Shown here one piece after another: positions 38,760-53,349 of a stretch of DNA of 64,000 nucleotides (the stretch's first letter is position 1; the number at the start of each line of letters is the position of its first letter). The notes under the pieces are model-generated. The model saw only the letters and a program-made list of their open reading frames with translations. It was not told where the DNA came from and did no database searches. The DNA comes from Octopus vulgaris (Eukaryota), in NCBI GenBank assembly GCA_951406725.2, contig OX597818.1:109926001-109990000 (forward strand), read 5' to 3'. Made by a program: the position numbers and the translations under genes.

Positions 38760-39182
38760 TATTTTTGACAACCCAAAATGTCGAGGTATTTAACCAAAGC
38801 ATGACCTTGATGTTGAATGTGATTATCGTTGTCTCAGTATCCAAACACATTTAGTTCAATAGCAAAAAAAAAAAGAAAGAAAATCTCTAAAGCTGTATTC
38901 ATTTGTGCCTCTGCAAAACTTGAAATGCTCTGCTGTGACCAAAATGTTTATTAAAGTTATTTCATGTTGTGCAGCGCCAACTCTTCGGGCATCTTTAAAA
39001 GCTTTACACCACCTTTACATTTATTTCTGTGTTTCTAAATTATCTGGAAACCTCCGTGACAATCACTCGGTTACAATTCTTTTAGAATTCTGAAGATCAA
39101 GTTTGCTTTACTAAAAGTACTTTCTGGTTATATTAGTTTCATATATAAAGCGACGAGCGGGCAGAGTCATTTGCACGCCAGG

Positions 39183-39660
39183 TAGTTAGTTAGTTAGTTA
39201 GTTAGTTAATTTGGCTCAAAAGCAAATAGCAAGGCCATGTAGGGGGACATGGAGTTAAGTACAGGGTGGTGTTCATGTAAAGAGTTCAGGCCACTTGAGG
39301 TCAAGGGAGGCTTTGAACAAAGCGGTCGTCGGCATCTTCACCATCTCGTCTGGCAGCTTGTTCCACGGATCCGCAACCCGGACGGAGAAAGCTCCTCTCC
39401 TTCGACTGAGATGAAATCGTCGCAGGTAGAGCTTTTCGGAACGACCCCGCAGCCGACGCTCTGGAGCAGGAGTGAAGAACAGCTCTTTCGAGAGGTTACA
39501 CTTTCCGCTTATGATGTTGTGGGCGAGAATGAGATCACCACGGCGGCGGCGTTTTTCTAGAGAATAAAGGTCAAGCGTCCTCAGCCTTTCTTCATAGGAC
39601 AAATTTTTGAGACCATGAACCATGCGGGTAGCCAGCTTCTGGACTCTTTCGAAATTCTCA
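39183..39660 (-). mobile_element. 5'-truncated CR1 LINE inserted into a SINE
   Basis: FERVQKLATRMV.GL..LSYEERL..LDLYSLEKRRRRGDLI...FSVRVADPWNKLP...FKASLD; (taac)n tail; host SINE halves at 39148-39182 and 39661-39800. Confidence 0.92.
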
Positions 39661-41279
39661 GCTGGTTTCTCACCCATCTTCACGATCTGAGTTCAAATTC
39701 CGCTGAGGTCGACTTTGCCTTTCATTCTTTCGGTGTCGATAAAATAAGTACCAGTTGATCACTGGGGTCGATATAATCGACTTCCCCCCTCCCCCCCCGA
39801 GCTTGCTGCCTTCAACATTTATGTTATGGTGTTCTGTTTTACATCATCGCCACCCTCAAGCGATACAACGTCACTTCTTACCTGTTCTTCATTCATTCAG
39901 GTGGTAAGGTTTGTTTTGTCACTGGAGGTGAATGAGAATTTGTTCAAATATGAAGAGAACCAATGCCTTCGCGTGCCATACTTTAGAACCAAATCGCCTT
40001 TCGGCTATTCTGTGGTCTTTTATCGTTTATTTGTTTCACTTACATGAATGCGGCCATGCTGGGTCACCGTTGAGTCACCGTTTTGAAGAATTTTTCGTTG
40101 AATCTGTTTACCACAGTACTTCATTTTGTAAAAAAACTTGGTACCTTTTGAATCGGCGTCTTTTGCCGAACTGCTAAGTAATGGTGACGTAAACACACCA
40201 ACACCGGTTGTCAAGCGATCTTTGGCAACTAGAATCGCGATTGGTATAGCACTCAATACCAAAGTTTGACACACTAGCCATTCCAGAATCTTCCATTTAT
40301 AGATTACAATGTATCTTTAAATAACATTAATTAGAATATTATTAAGGTGGCGGCGAGCTGCCAGAATCGTTAAGCACGCTGGACGCAATGCTTAGCGTTA
40401 TTTCGGCCGTCGATACGTCCTGAGTTCAAATTCCTCCAAGGTCGATTTTACCTTTCATCCTTTAGGAGATCGATAAATTAAGTACCAGGTGTGTACTGGG
40501 GTCGATGTAATCGACTATCCCCCTCCCCCAAATTTCAGACCTTGTGCCCATATGATTAATAAGCATATTAATCGCACTGTTGTGTCGACCAATTTACATT
40601 CAAACACATTGTTAGAAGATGGCAGGAAAATTATAATTGCTGGTGGGGAAACCGTATTTCGTTTGGTAATCATAATACACCATCAACTGTATAAAAAGTT
40701 CAGACGTCTGTATTGCGTCCTACTTTGTGTTAGAAGTGCGTGATTTTATTTCTTTCAGTCATTTGACTGCGGCCATGTTGAAACACTGCATTTAGTCAAA
40801 CAAATCGACCCCAGGACTTATTCTTTGTAAACCTAGTATTCATTCTATCGGTCTCTTTTGCCGAACTGCTAAGTTACAGGGACTTAAACACACTAACATC
40901 AGTTGTCAAGCGATGGTTGGGGGACAAACACAGACACACAAATGCATATATACACATACACACACACACATATATAAACACGACAGTCTTCTTTCAGTTT
41001 CCGTCTACCAAATCCACTCAGAAGGCTTTGGTCGGACCAATACTATAGAAGAAGACACTTGTCCTAGGTGTCACGCAGAGGGACTGAACCCGGAACCATG
41101 TGGTTGGCAAGCAAGCTACTTACCGTACAGCCACTCCTGCGCTTATATTTTTCATTTTTTAATTGTATCTCAATAAATTTACTATTGAATTTAGAGCCAG
41201 CATTGAAAGTTACGAGGTTTCTTATACGAATACGGTTATGCAAACAATGCAATCGGAGATAAGAAAATAGGTAATAAGT

Positions 41280-41320
41280 GTATATGCACATTTCAGGAAC
41301 TCTTGCTCCCTCTTCAGTAC
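41280..41320 (-). ncRNA. Minimal type-I hammerhead ribozyme, core intact
   Basis: Minus strand reads GUA CUGAAGA GGGAGC-AAGA-GUUCCU GAAA UGUGCA UA^ UAC: canonical core, 6-bp helix II, near-palindromic helix III (AUGUGCAU), AUA cleavage triplet, 3-bp helix I. Confidence 0.75.
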
Positions 41321-41918
41321 CACATCCAATCCGTTGATTATCCACAAATCCATAGCTTAAGTAACCAGGAATTTAGCGGTGTAACACAAGAATGGACGTA
41401 CCAAATCTACATACGAAACACATTCCTGTTAACTGGTACATTCACATTAATTGCTGGTATTGACACCGTATTTCGTTTTGCAGCTGTATTGTATTATTAC
41501 TATCAAGCATATTAAAAAATTTATGAGTCAATGCTGTGTTCTACCCGTGTTAGCAGTGCGTTGTTTTTATTTTTTAAACTTTTAAAAAATCATGTTAAAC
41601 AGTAATAGTTAACCCTTCATACTGTTACCATTTTATACGTCGATAAAATTCTATTTGCTAATGTCTGCTGGTATCTGTGTTCTGCTTGCAGACCTCTTAT
41701 GTTGCTGTGGCTTCAAAACCAATTCAATTTTTCAGTCTCTATTATGTATTTAACGAAAGCTTTTATCTGGCTCTCCTAAAACTGGAAATAGTCTTTCTTT
41801 TATCTGTCAGACAACTCATATCTTTTAAATTAAGGTTTGTATTCCATGTTGATCAACACACGACTTCTTATGATGTATGTGTGTGTTTGTAGATTGCTTT
41901 TTATATATATAAATATAT

Positions 41919-41922
<4 letters not shown>

Positions 41923-41989
<67 letters not shown>

Positions 41990-42039
41990 TATATATTCAT
42001 ACGTACACGAATACACACTAACATGTACACGTACATATA

Positions 42040-42075
<36 letters not shown>

Positions 42076-42606
42076 TATACATACATACATGCATACATAC
42101 ATACATATATATATATACATACATACATACATGCATACATACATACATACATACATACATACATACATACATACATACATACATACATACATACATACAT
42201 ACATACATACATACATACATGCATACATACATATATATATATACATACATTCATTACATACATACATACATACATACATGCATACATACATATATACATA
42301 CATACATACATACATATATATATATATACATACATACATACATACATACATACATACATGCATACATACATATATATATACATACATACATACATTCATT
42401 ACATACATATATATATATATATATATGCATACATACATGCATACATACATATATATATACATACATACATACATACATACATACATACATACATACATAC
42501 AGATAAGTGTATGCGAATGTGTGACTGCATGTATTATTTCGAAGGGAAAGGGACATTATTATTATTATCATCATCATCATCATCATCATGATCATCATCA
42601 TCATCA

Positions 42607-42662
<56 letters not shown>

Positions 42663-42700
42663 GTTGTTGTTATTATTATTGTTATTATTATTATTATTGA
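41923..42700. repeat. Compound microsatellite (CA)n, (TACA)n/(TA)n, (CAT)n, (TAT)n
   Basis: Directly visible; source of the long Y/I/H/T ORFs in the track. Confidence 0.98.
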
Positions 42701-42988
42701 TGTTGTTCTTGTTGCGTTTGTGTTAAAACAGGAAAGCCATTCATCATAAAAAAAAAACAGCAAAAACAAACAACTAAAATAATCCTTCTTTGACATCTCC
42801 ATTCTTTAGCAACAACAACAACAACAACAACATTGTTATTCATCTTTTTAAACAAATCACTTCAGAGGAAGGTGCTTCGCGTTGTTTTTTTTCTCATTTT
42901 TTTTGTTTGTTTTTTTGTTTTTTTTGCGGTTTTCCGATATTTCAACTTTTGTTACTAAAATGTTCAAGACGGAGAAAAAAATGGAAAT

Positions 42989-43038
<50 letters not shown>

Positions 43039-43376
43039 AGACGTAACTGTGTGGTAAGTAGTTTGCTTCCCAACCACATGGTTCGGAGTTCAGTCCCACT
43101 GCGTGGCACCTTGGGCATGTCTCTTTTACTACAGTCTTGTGACTAGATTTGATAGACGGAAACTGAAAGAAGCCCGTCTTATATATATACTTCTATTTTC
43201 TACTCTTGGCACAAGGCCCGACATTTCGGGGGAAGAGGCCAGTCGATGTCATCGACTCCAGTACGCGACTGGTGCTTAATTTATCGAACCCGAAAGGATG
43301 GAAGGTAAAGTCGACCTCGGCGACATTTGAACGAAAGATATATATATATATATATATATACATAAACTCATACACA

Positions 43377-43495
<119 letters not shown>

Positions 43496-43919
43496 GAGAG
43501 AGAGAGAGAGAGAGTGACAGACAGACAGACAAAATGATGCAAATAAACAGATAAAACTCGTTGGGATTCCTGTACAGAATAGATATACATGTATACAGGT
43601 AAATAAAGACAAGGTAAAGACTGAAAGATCTTCATCTGCAAATATGTGTGTGTGTGTGCGCGCGTTAGTGTCTATGTTTGTTATACTTGACAACCGGTGG
43701 TGGTTTGTTTATGCCCCGTCAATCAGCCTTCTGGCAAAAGTAGAAGGCTTCAAGACAAATAATTGCTGGAGGCGATGCATTTGACCCAAAATTCTTCAAC
43801 GCCCTGCTCCAGCATAGCCACAATTTAATAACTGATACAATAAAAGATACATACGTTCACACACACACACACAGATACACATACACACACACACATACAT
43901 ACATATATATATATATATA

Positions 43920-44707
43920 CGAGCAAACCCCCCCGTCCAATGGACGGTGCTGAGTTGTCAAACATTTAAACCAAATTTTCTCAAAACAACTTGTCCGACC
44001 GTCCCATAGGCCTCCCCTTTGAGAAAACTGATTTAACCTAAATTTGAGACACCACCAAAAGAAGAAATAAAGATAGACTTTTTTCTATTCCAAAGAAAAA
44101 CGATTTTATTCACACAAATATGCAACCGAAGAGTTTAAAGTACCAGTAATGATAAGGCTGTTGACTGGGAGAACACAAACATGGTTTAAACAGTAAGCTT
44201 GGCAGGAAAGAAACGTGTCTTTAAGCAGTACAAAAACAACAAAAAATGGAAGGTCCAGTTATGTACTGGTTGACGGAAGAAAAGCAGGACAAAAACGGCT
44301 TTATCGATCGCATTCTCACCTGGAATTGATTTTTGTAATTTTTTTCAAGACTTATACACGCCCTGATACCGTCGGTATCTACATTTCAAATAAAATAGCA
44401 ATTTTTCCCTTTAAGAAAAAAAAAATGAAGTACCCGTGATTCAAATATATCTGATAAAAATATAGCGGGGATTTCTATCTTTCAAGTCCACGGTACTCGA
44501 AATTTGTATAAATGGCTATAGGAAGGAAAAAGAAAGTAAGAAGAAAAGAGATTGCGGTAGCTACCGACCTCTTTTAAGTGTCGACATTTTCGACTTGATT
44601 TTTGCTTTCTTAAAGGGGAGGTGTGGTGTTTATTTTATTTGTAATCATTAGCATTTTAATCAAATTGCTGGAAAACAGACAAACTTTGAGTTTTAGTATA
44701 ATATAGA
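43920..44707 (-). mobile_element. Non-autonomous Helitron-like element
   Basis: Minus strand a|TCtatattatactaaaa start; hairpin ccgtcc-att-ggacgg and CTCG|t end; sits in (TA)n. Confidence 0.55.
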
Positions 44708-44859
44708 TATATACGACGGGCTTCTTTCAGTTTCAGTCTGCTAAATCCACTCCCATGGCTTTGGACAACTCGAAGGACCATACCCACCGCCACACAAGGC
44801 CATCACCGACAACAGATACAGGATGGCCACCACTAACACCAACACAGACGTCAAGTCAC

Positions 44860-45480
44860 AAAAATATTTCTTGTAAATACCGGAGGGATGTTGCATGTCA
44901 ACTGTAAAACAAAAATCTCATTTCTGAGTGACCTTGCTGCATGCAGTCAAGCTCTGTGCATAACACTTGTGGAAACGCATCTTGGACCTGATAGAGGGGA
45001 ATGCAGAAATACACACACTTCAATATGTTGTTATACACTCAAATAGAAAAGAATGAAGCCATGGTGGAATTGCTGTGTACATCCGAGAGGACCTCGTGCC
45101 CCCAAGTCCTGCTGGCATATTCAAATTCAGTGTGTGATACACAAATGGTACACATAAGGCAACTCAATATTGTCATATGTACAACACATATCGTCCTCCG
45201 GGTGCTCCAATTTGTACAGATAAGTTTGAAGACTGTCTAGCAAAGATAGGAGAAGTTCTCACCAAACTGGTACACCACATCAGTGTATTCCTTTCGGGTG
45301 ACTTCAACTTCTTCATTGTGGGATGGCCTGAGGGCCTGATGCTCCTAGGAATGACACATCACCAGCAAGCATAGGCAGAGTCCCTCTTCTACCTTACCAA
45401 TGCTTCTTTCGTGGAGCAAATCGTGCTGCAACCAACCAGGGAAAATAATATACTGGATCTCTGCTTCACTAACAATATGG
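44860..45480 (+). mobile_element. Degenerate LINE APE-endonuclease fragment (CR1 group)
   Basis: Frameshifted peptides ETHL, HGGIAVYIRE, YRPPG, SGDFNF, PTRENNILDLCFTN. Confidence 0.8.
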
Positions 45481-45887
45481 TTTAAAAAATAATAAACACT
45501 GGTGTCGATTCGTTCGACGAAAATTCGCCAATTCGGTGCTCCTGCATGGCCGCAGTCTAGCGACAGAAACAAGTAAGAGATAAAAGATATGTGTTCCCTT
45601 ATACTCCCTTATACTAACATACGTCCATCTAGGTATCCGCCACTTACATACATTTGCGAATGCAATGGCACATCTTATATCAACATATTGCCCTGCATAC
45701 GCATACACACTAATTTATACGCATGCACGCGCACACATAAATACAGGTACATATACATTCATGTATATATCGACACATGCCCATATATGCAGACAAGCAC
45801 TCCCCCACACGCGCACTCCCCCACACGCGCACTCCCCCCCCCACACACGCACCCCCCCACACGCGCGCACACAGACACACACGCGCG

Positions 45888-45925
<38 letters not shown>

Positions 45926-45966
45926 TGCAGACGTAAAGAAATCACATTCACAGTGATATACGAGTA

Positions 45967-46202
45967 CAGCAATTCCTCGCCATATCGCAGTTCAGTTATC
46001 ACGGTTCACCTATCGCGATTTATGATTTAATCTTACGTCGATTCCTCCGTGGTGTTGTTTTGCATTTATAATAAAATAAATATATACAAATTATAAAAAT
46101 GAAAAAGAATATATACAGTACAGTACTGTTTCTACTTCACGGATTTTCACCTATCGCGGTGGGTTTTGGAACGTAACACCCGCGATAGCCGAGGGATTAC
46201 TG
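45967..46202. mobile_element. pogo/Tigger-like MITE
   Basis: ta|cagcaattcctcg ... cgagggattactg imperfect TIRs with internal repeated tatcgcg motifs. Confidence 0.6.
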
Positions 46203-46261
46203 CAAATCTTTATGTAAAACTATATTCCTGCTGCTGCTGTTGCTGCTGCCAGCCTATAACA

Positions 46262-46570
46262 TTGTGGTTGGCACTCCGTTGGTTACGACGACGAGGGTTC
46301 CCCTTGATCCGATCAACGAAACAGCCAGCTCGTGAAATTAATGTGCAAGTGGCTGAGCACTCCACAGACACGTGTACCCATAACGTAGTTTTTAGGGAGA
46401 TTCAGCGTGACACAGAGTGTGACAAGGCTGGCCCCTTTGAAACACAGGTACAACTGGAGCTTTAGGTATTTTCGCTCAATAAACACTCACAACGCCGGGT
46501 CTGGGAATCGAAACCGCGATCCTATCACCGCGAGTCTACTGCCCTAACCACTGGGCCATTGTGCCTCCAC
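46262..46570 (-). mobile_element. tRNA(Arg)-like SINE
   Basis: Minus strand tggcccagtggttagggcagtagactcgcggtg...ggtttcgattcccag; body shared with 24300-24460. Confidence 0.75.
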
Positions 46571-47558
46571 TCTATAACATTGTATGTTTATTTACACTAC
46601 ACACACATATATAAAAGATTATATTTACACTGGTAAAGGCGCATGGCCTTGTAGTTAGACATGCATCACTCACAATCATGAGATCGTGATTTCGATTCTC
46701 AGGCCGGCAGTGCGTTGTTTCTCGAGCAAATCACTTCATTTCTCGTTACCCCAATCCAGTCAGCTAGAAATAGGAACCCTGCGGCAAATTAGCTTTTCGA
46801 TCAGGACTAATGTTGGCCTTACTCGCCCAGCCAGTGCAGTGGCATCATTTGAAAGCGTATTAGCTGTGCAATGATGCCATCCCGCAAAGCGCATTGTAAC
46901 CAGCGATGAATAACATCCTCTGATACTCTGGTTAATCATCTGATTACGTGATATATATATATAATATATATATCTCTTATTATAAAAGGCAGATTTTATC
47001 TGCCTCCCTTTGTCACTTATAGAAATCTACAATATAGGATTTCTTCAATTACAATTTACCTAGCATTTTTAAGAGTAGAATGCATCGGGTCATGCCAGGT
47101 CCAGTTTTTAAAATTTAAACTCCAATTAAGCAAAATTTACAGAAAACTCACATTCTGGTGTGTATGTCAAATGCTTTTCTTACTGTGGTTTACAGCACAC
47201 GCACACGCACACACACAGTGTGCAACGAATAAAGTGAAAGTAATTCACTGTGTGTGTGTTGACAGGTAGACAACGTTTCAAACAACTACATACAAACACG
47301 TGTGTGTTTGTTATTAGTAAAAAAGGCGCCAATACACAACTCACTTATCATTCCAGCACATTTGCAAAGACACACGGACGGTCGAATTGCTATAACAATA
47401 CAGAAAAGGTAAATTGGTTTTTATTTTACTCTGTATATATTTTATTATATAATATTATATATAGATATATGTATATATAATTGCAGTATGAAACAATGTT
47501 TATGTATAAACAGACGACACTTATATATAGTTATTAATAAAGGTATGCATCCGTTTAA

Positions 47559-48576
47559 CCCTTTCGTTACCAAACCGCCCGAATTTACCTATTCATATTT
47601 CAATGAGAATATCAGAGTAAATCTCTTTAGTACATTCGTGAAAACACGTATTATACTTCGTAAACACTTCAACTACAGTTTTGTACAAAAATCGAAGTGT
47701 AATTTTAATTCCGTGAATTATGGGAGATTTTTTTCCGAAATTTGTTCCTATTGTGTTTTCAAAACTTACAATTCTGACAAAAAATGGATACGAATTTCAT
47801 TATATCAAGCAGCGAGTCGGAATTCGAAGGATTTTCTACTGAAGACCTTGATAAATCTAACTCTATGACTGAAAAAAAAGCATGTGGTATTTGATAATGA
47901 ATCTGATGTTTCATTTTCCGAAAGTGAAAACAGTGAATCCGAGATAAAGAAAAGGAATTGGCACCTGAATGGAGTGAAAATTGAAAAACTGTTTCTTTCG
48001 GTGATTTTTCTGAAGAAACTGGACCAAGCCACAGACTTTCCCAGAAGAGTAAAGCCTTCAACTATTTCTTTTTACTTTTTCGAATGAGCCTATTTGAAAT
48101 CATTACGGCGGAAACGAACTGTTACGCTAAACGTAAACAAAGCGAAAGAAAGGATAGTTTGTTATTTCCCACAACCTTAAATGAAATTAAGGCCTATTTT
48201 GCCATAAATATTATTATGGGTATCAGAAAGTTACCCAGAATAACAAATTCTATCGTAAAATTTTATTGTATACCCAATTGAATATTACCTAATAACCCAT
48301 TTTCTATACCGATGTTTGAACAAAATTTTAATAATTTTATATATTGTTGAATTTACCTGTATCTACCTGCAATTAGAGTCACTTTGTGACAAAAATTATA
48401 GTATAGAATTGGTTGAGAACATTTCACTAAATTATCTTCCAAAAATCAGATTAATATATTCATAAATAAAAAAGTTATAGTTGTTTAATGAAACCAGACT
48501 AAATTTATGATTACGTTAGAAATTAATTGAAACACATAACGGGTGTAATTTGGTCAGAAATATAGTAACGAAAGGG
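47559..48576 (+). mobile_element. Internally deleted piggyBac element
   Basis: TTAA duplications at 47555-47558 and 48577-48580; 12-bp TIR CCCTTTCGTTAC; peptide LFEIITAETNCYA...TTLNEIKAYFAINIIMGIRKLP typical of piggyBac transposase. Confidence 0.92.
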
Positions 48577-48688
48577 TTAAGAAAAACCAAAAAATATTTT
48601 ATTCTTTGTAAATGTTGTGTTCAAAATAACATTTTCTTTTAAGAATGTGTATATAACAAAGTATGTGTATATAACTACGTGGCTTATA

Positions 48689-49089
48689 TCTTTATATATA
48701 AGAGTGAAGTTGTGTGTCTGTCTCCTACGATTTAGATTCCTAACTACTCCCACATTTTGCGGTGCAGTTTAACCAAAAGCGGGTATCTTATAGTCGTGAT
48801 TCATATCGAGCCCTTCTGGGTATTAGCGCGCGTCTACGATGAGTCTACGATTTAAAAAAAAATTACCATCATATTTTTCCATTTTAATGCATTTTTTCCG
48901 CTATTATATAAGGGAAGTAACTCTCTAAAAATATCTACCATGTGTCAACGATTTAAAAAAAAATTTACCTTAATTTTTTTTTCAATTTTTAATGCATTTT
49001 TTTTTGCTAATTTTTGGCTATAACTCTCTAAAAATGCTTATATAGTTATTTCCCTTACAAACCCGAGCAACGCCGGGCGATACTGCTAG
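48689..49089 (+). mobile_element. Non-autonomous Helitron
   Basis: a|TCtttatatataa start; cccgagcaacgccggg hairpin and CTAG|t end identical to 54476-54866. Confidence 0.8.
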
Positions 49090-49168
<79 letters not shown>

Positions 49169-50490
49169 TATATACATACATATATGTACATGCCTACATA
49201 TATATGTATACATACATGCATATATGGGTACAGGACATAAAAAACGTAGACAAAATGAGAAACGAGAACATAAAAAAGAAAATATAGAAAACGAACTTTT
49301 TTTTTAACAACGAAAGAAAGAAAGAAAGAAACAGAGAAACGAGACATGCAGCATAAAGAACATTCCCTTCATCAGTTGTCCATTGTTTTATCTACTCCGC
49401 GTTTCGAAGGTATATATATATATATAGCCTGACATTTGTATGAATCCGTCTGCGCTTTCTGTGTGCCCAGCATCCAATTGCAGAAGTGTACAACTGTAGA
49501 AGCAGAAACAGAGGTATATGACCGGAAACACTTGCAATTGCGAACAGCAACTGGTGAATCCACGAGAATATATGAATACATAATTATATTGGCGCACTCT
49601 ACGGCTTACATGTTTGTGGATATTTATGAGCATCTGAACATATAGAAAATATATTCAATGCATAAATGCTTCCGCGAGCTCAGAGATGCAATAAAATTAC
49701 CTACATAAATAGAAGTATGATTATCAAACAAAGACAAACGAGGTTCTTTTGCAAGAGTCGTTTAGCTTAATGGTTGAGAGGACGCTCTTACCAGGTTCGG
49801 ATGAAAGGCAAAGTCGACCCTGGCGGAATTTGAACTCAGAACGTAAAGACGGATGAAATACCTATTTCTTTACTACCCACAGAGGGCTAAACACAGAGGG
49901 GACAAACAAGGACAGACAGACGGATTGTGTCGATTATATGGACCCCAGTGCGTAACTGGTCCTTAATTTATCGACCCTGAAAGGATGAAAGGCAAAGTCG
50001 ACCTCGGCGGAATTTGAACTCAGAACATAAAGACAGACGAAATACCTATTTCTTTACTACCCATAAGAGGCTAAACACAGAGGAGACAAACAAGGACAGA
50101 CAGACGGATTATGTCGATTACATCGACCCCAGTGCGTAACTGGTACTTATTTAATCGACCCCGAAAGGATGAAAGGCAAAATCAACCTCGGCGGAATTTG
50201 AACTCAGAACGTAACAGCAGACGAAACACGGCTCAGCATTTCGTCCGGCGTGCTAACGTTTCTGCCAGCTCGCCGCCTTTGGGGGCTTACGTATTAATAT
50301 GAATGCGCTATTAATGACTCAAAGCAACAGACATTATGCGACAAAAAATTTTAATTAAGAATAAGTACAAGGTTACTACCTGCCTTTATAACAAGTTGAT
50401 GCAGGTAGTTTATCCCACCCTCCTTCGACTTTTAGTTCATGCAGTAGAAAATTATTTATGGGATGACTCAATACACACACACACACACGC

Positions 50491-50530
<40 letters not shown>

Positions 50531-51329
50531 ACACGCACACGCACACACACACACATACACACACATAAGTAGTGATGCAACATTGCATGCGCATACTACC
50601 AAGATGGCAACACTGTGCAGGCGAGCAGCTTGATGCATCCTAAAATCATTCAAAACCAGAAAGAAGGATACCTTTCTACTCCTCCGGAGGATATACACAT
50701 ACGTGTATGAACTTCCGTATCTATCCATGCATGTGTACTTGTATGGGCATAGTGTGTGTGTGAAATTTGGAAAACCGTCTCTTTTTTACTGCAAAAAAAC
50801 AGACAATGTAAGGGAAGTAACTCTAACAGACTTATTTCAATTTCGATCGTTTATTTCGTTTTCAGATTCTTATTAACTTCGAGAGATTCGTTGAATGAAT
50901 AAACTGACGCCGTATCGAATAATCGTAGCCGCGTGGCAGAGGTTGGTGTGTTTGTAGCGGTGTTATCTTGGTTGTTTTATTAAACTAGTAGCAGTAGCTA
51001 CTAGTTGTGGTAGTTGTAAGGTCGTGGTGGACGTCGCCGCCGAGTTGTACCAGCTGGAGCGTCGGGGTGGTTGTGAATTGTGACAGGAGTGTAGCGTCAT
51101 TAGTAGGAAGTGTGGTCCCATGGTGGGGATGAGAGGAAGCTGTTCTCTTCGTTTATGTTGATATGCAGTTGCAGGCGTGGCTGTGTGGTAGGAGATTTGC
51201 TTCCCAACTACATGATTCCGGGTTCAGTCCCATTGCGTGGCAAATCGGGCAAGTGTCCTCTACGATACCTCCGGGCCGACCAAAGCCTTGTGAATGGATT
51301 TGGTAGACAGAAACTGAAAGAAGCCCGTC

Positions 51330-51382
<53 letters not shown>

Positions 51383-51397
51383 CATACATATATATAC

Positions 51398-51428
<31 letters not shown>

Positions 51429-51860
51429 TGTATGTATGTATGTATGTATGTATGTATTTGTGTGTCTGTGTTTGTCCTCCCACCATCGCTTGACAACCGA
51501 TGTTGGTATGTTTACGTTCCCATAACTTAGTGGTTCGGCAAAAGGGACCGATAGAATAAGTACCAGGCTTACAAAGAATAAGTCCTGGGGTCGATTTGTT
51601 CGACTAAAAGGCAATGCCCTAGCATGACCGCAGTGTAATGCCTGAAGTAAGTAAAAGCTAAAACGATATCGCAAGTTATATTAAGTATTTGTGAAGTGGC
51701 ACAGTAATAAAGGTATCGCGGTTCTGGTTCAGGAGATTGTGCGTTCGAATTCTGGGTGGGGCAGCGTGTTGTGTTCTTGAGCAAGACACTTCATTCTTAC
51801 GTCGCTGCAATCTACTTGGCTGAAATTACAGTCAGCCAAGTGCTGGGGCAGCCACCATTC

Positions 51861-52138
51861 CCTCTTTCTCTCTCTCTTTCTTCCCCCCTCTCTCCCTCTC
51901 TTTCTTTCTTTCTTTCTTTCTTTCTCTCTCTCTCTCCATCTCTCTTTTCCTCTCTCTCTCATCTCTCTCTCCCTCTCTCTCCATCTCTCTCTCCATCTCT
52001 CTTTCCATCTCTCTCCTTCTCTCTCTCTCTCCATCTCTCTCTCTCTCCAACACTCTCCATCTCACTCTCTCTCTCTTCCTCTCTCCCTCTCTCCTTCTCT
52101 CTCTCTCTCTCTCTCTCTCCCTCTCCATCTTCTCCATC
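51861..52138. repeat. Polypyrimidine (TC)n-rich tract; polypurine counterpart at 31315-31545
   Basis: Directly visible. Confidence 0.95.
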
Positions 52139-52695
52139 CTGGATGTCCCACTGAATGAAAAACGAGAAAGAAAATAACATGCTTATGTCAGCTCGTCACT
52201 ATATTCGTTTCAAATGTTTGGCACAAGGCCCACAATTCCGTAGGTGCGGGAGTGAGTTGATTTCATCGAGCCCCAGTGCACAACTGGTACCTATTTTATC
52301 GACCTCCGAAAAGATGAAAGGCAAAGTCTACCTCGGTGGAATTTGAACTCAGAACGCGAGGACGGACGGTTCGACGCGAGTACTTATTGTATTTTGTAAA
52401 GCCTGGGACTTATTCTATCGATCACGTTTGCCGAACAGCTAAGTTTCGGAGACCTAAACGCACTAACCGGTTGCCAAGCGATGGTGAGGGCTCAAACACA
52501 GACATACAAGTACATACTTACATATATACCACGGGCTTCTTTCAGTTTCCGCCGACCAAATCCACTTAGAAAGCTTTTTAGTTGGCCCGAGGCTATAGCA
52601 GAAGATACCTACTGAAGATATCACGCAGTGGGACCGAACCTAGAACCATGTGGTTGGGAAGCAAGCTTCTTACCACACAGTCACTCCTGCGCCTG

Positions 52696-53349
<654 letters not shown>

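Noticed and set aside
41825-42802. Long ORFs of 125-287 aa
   Set aside because: Translations of microsatellites
49360-49410. GAAA...CUGAUGA on the minus strand (also 57245-57290 and CTGATGA at 35901) as a type-II hammerhead
   Set aside because: No NUH after helix III (ACGCGG) and no helix I can be drawn in any of the three copies
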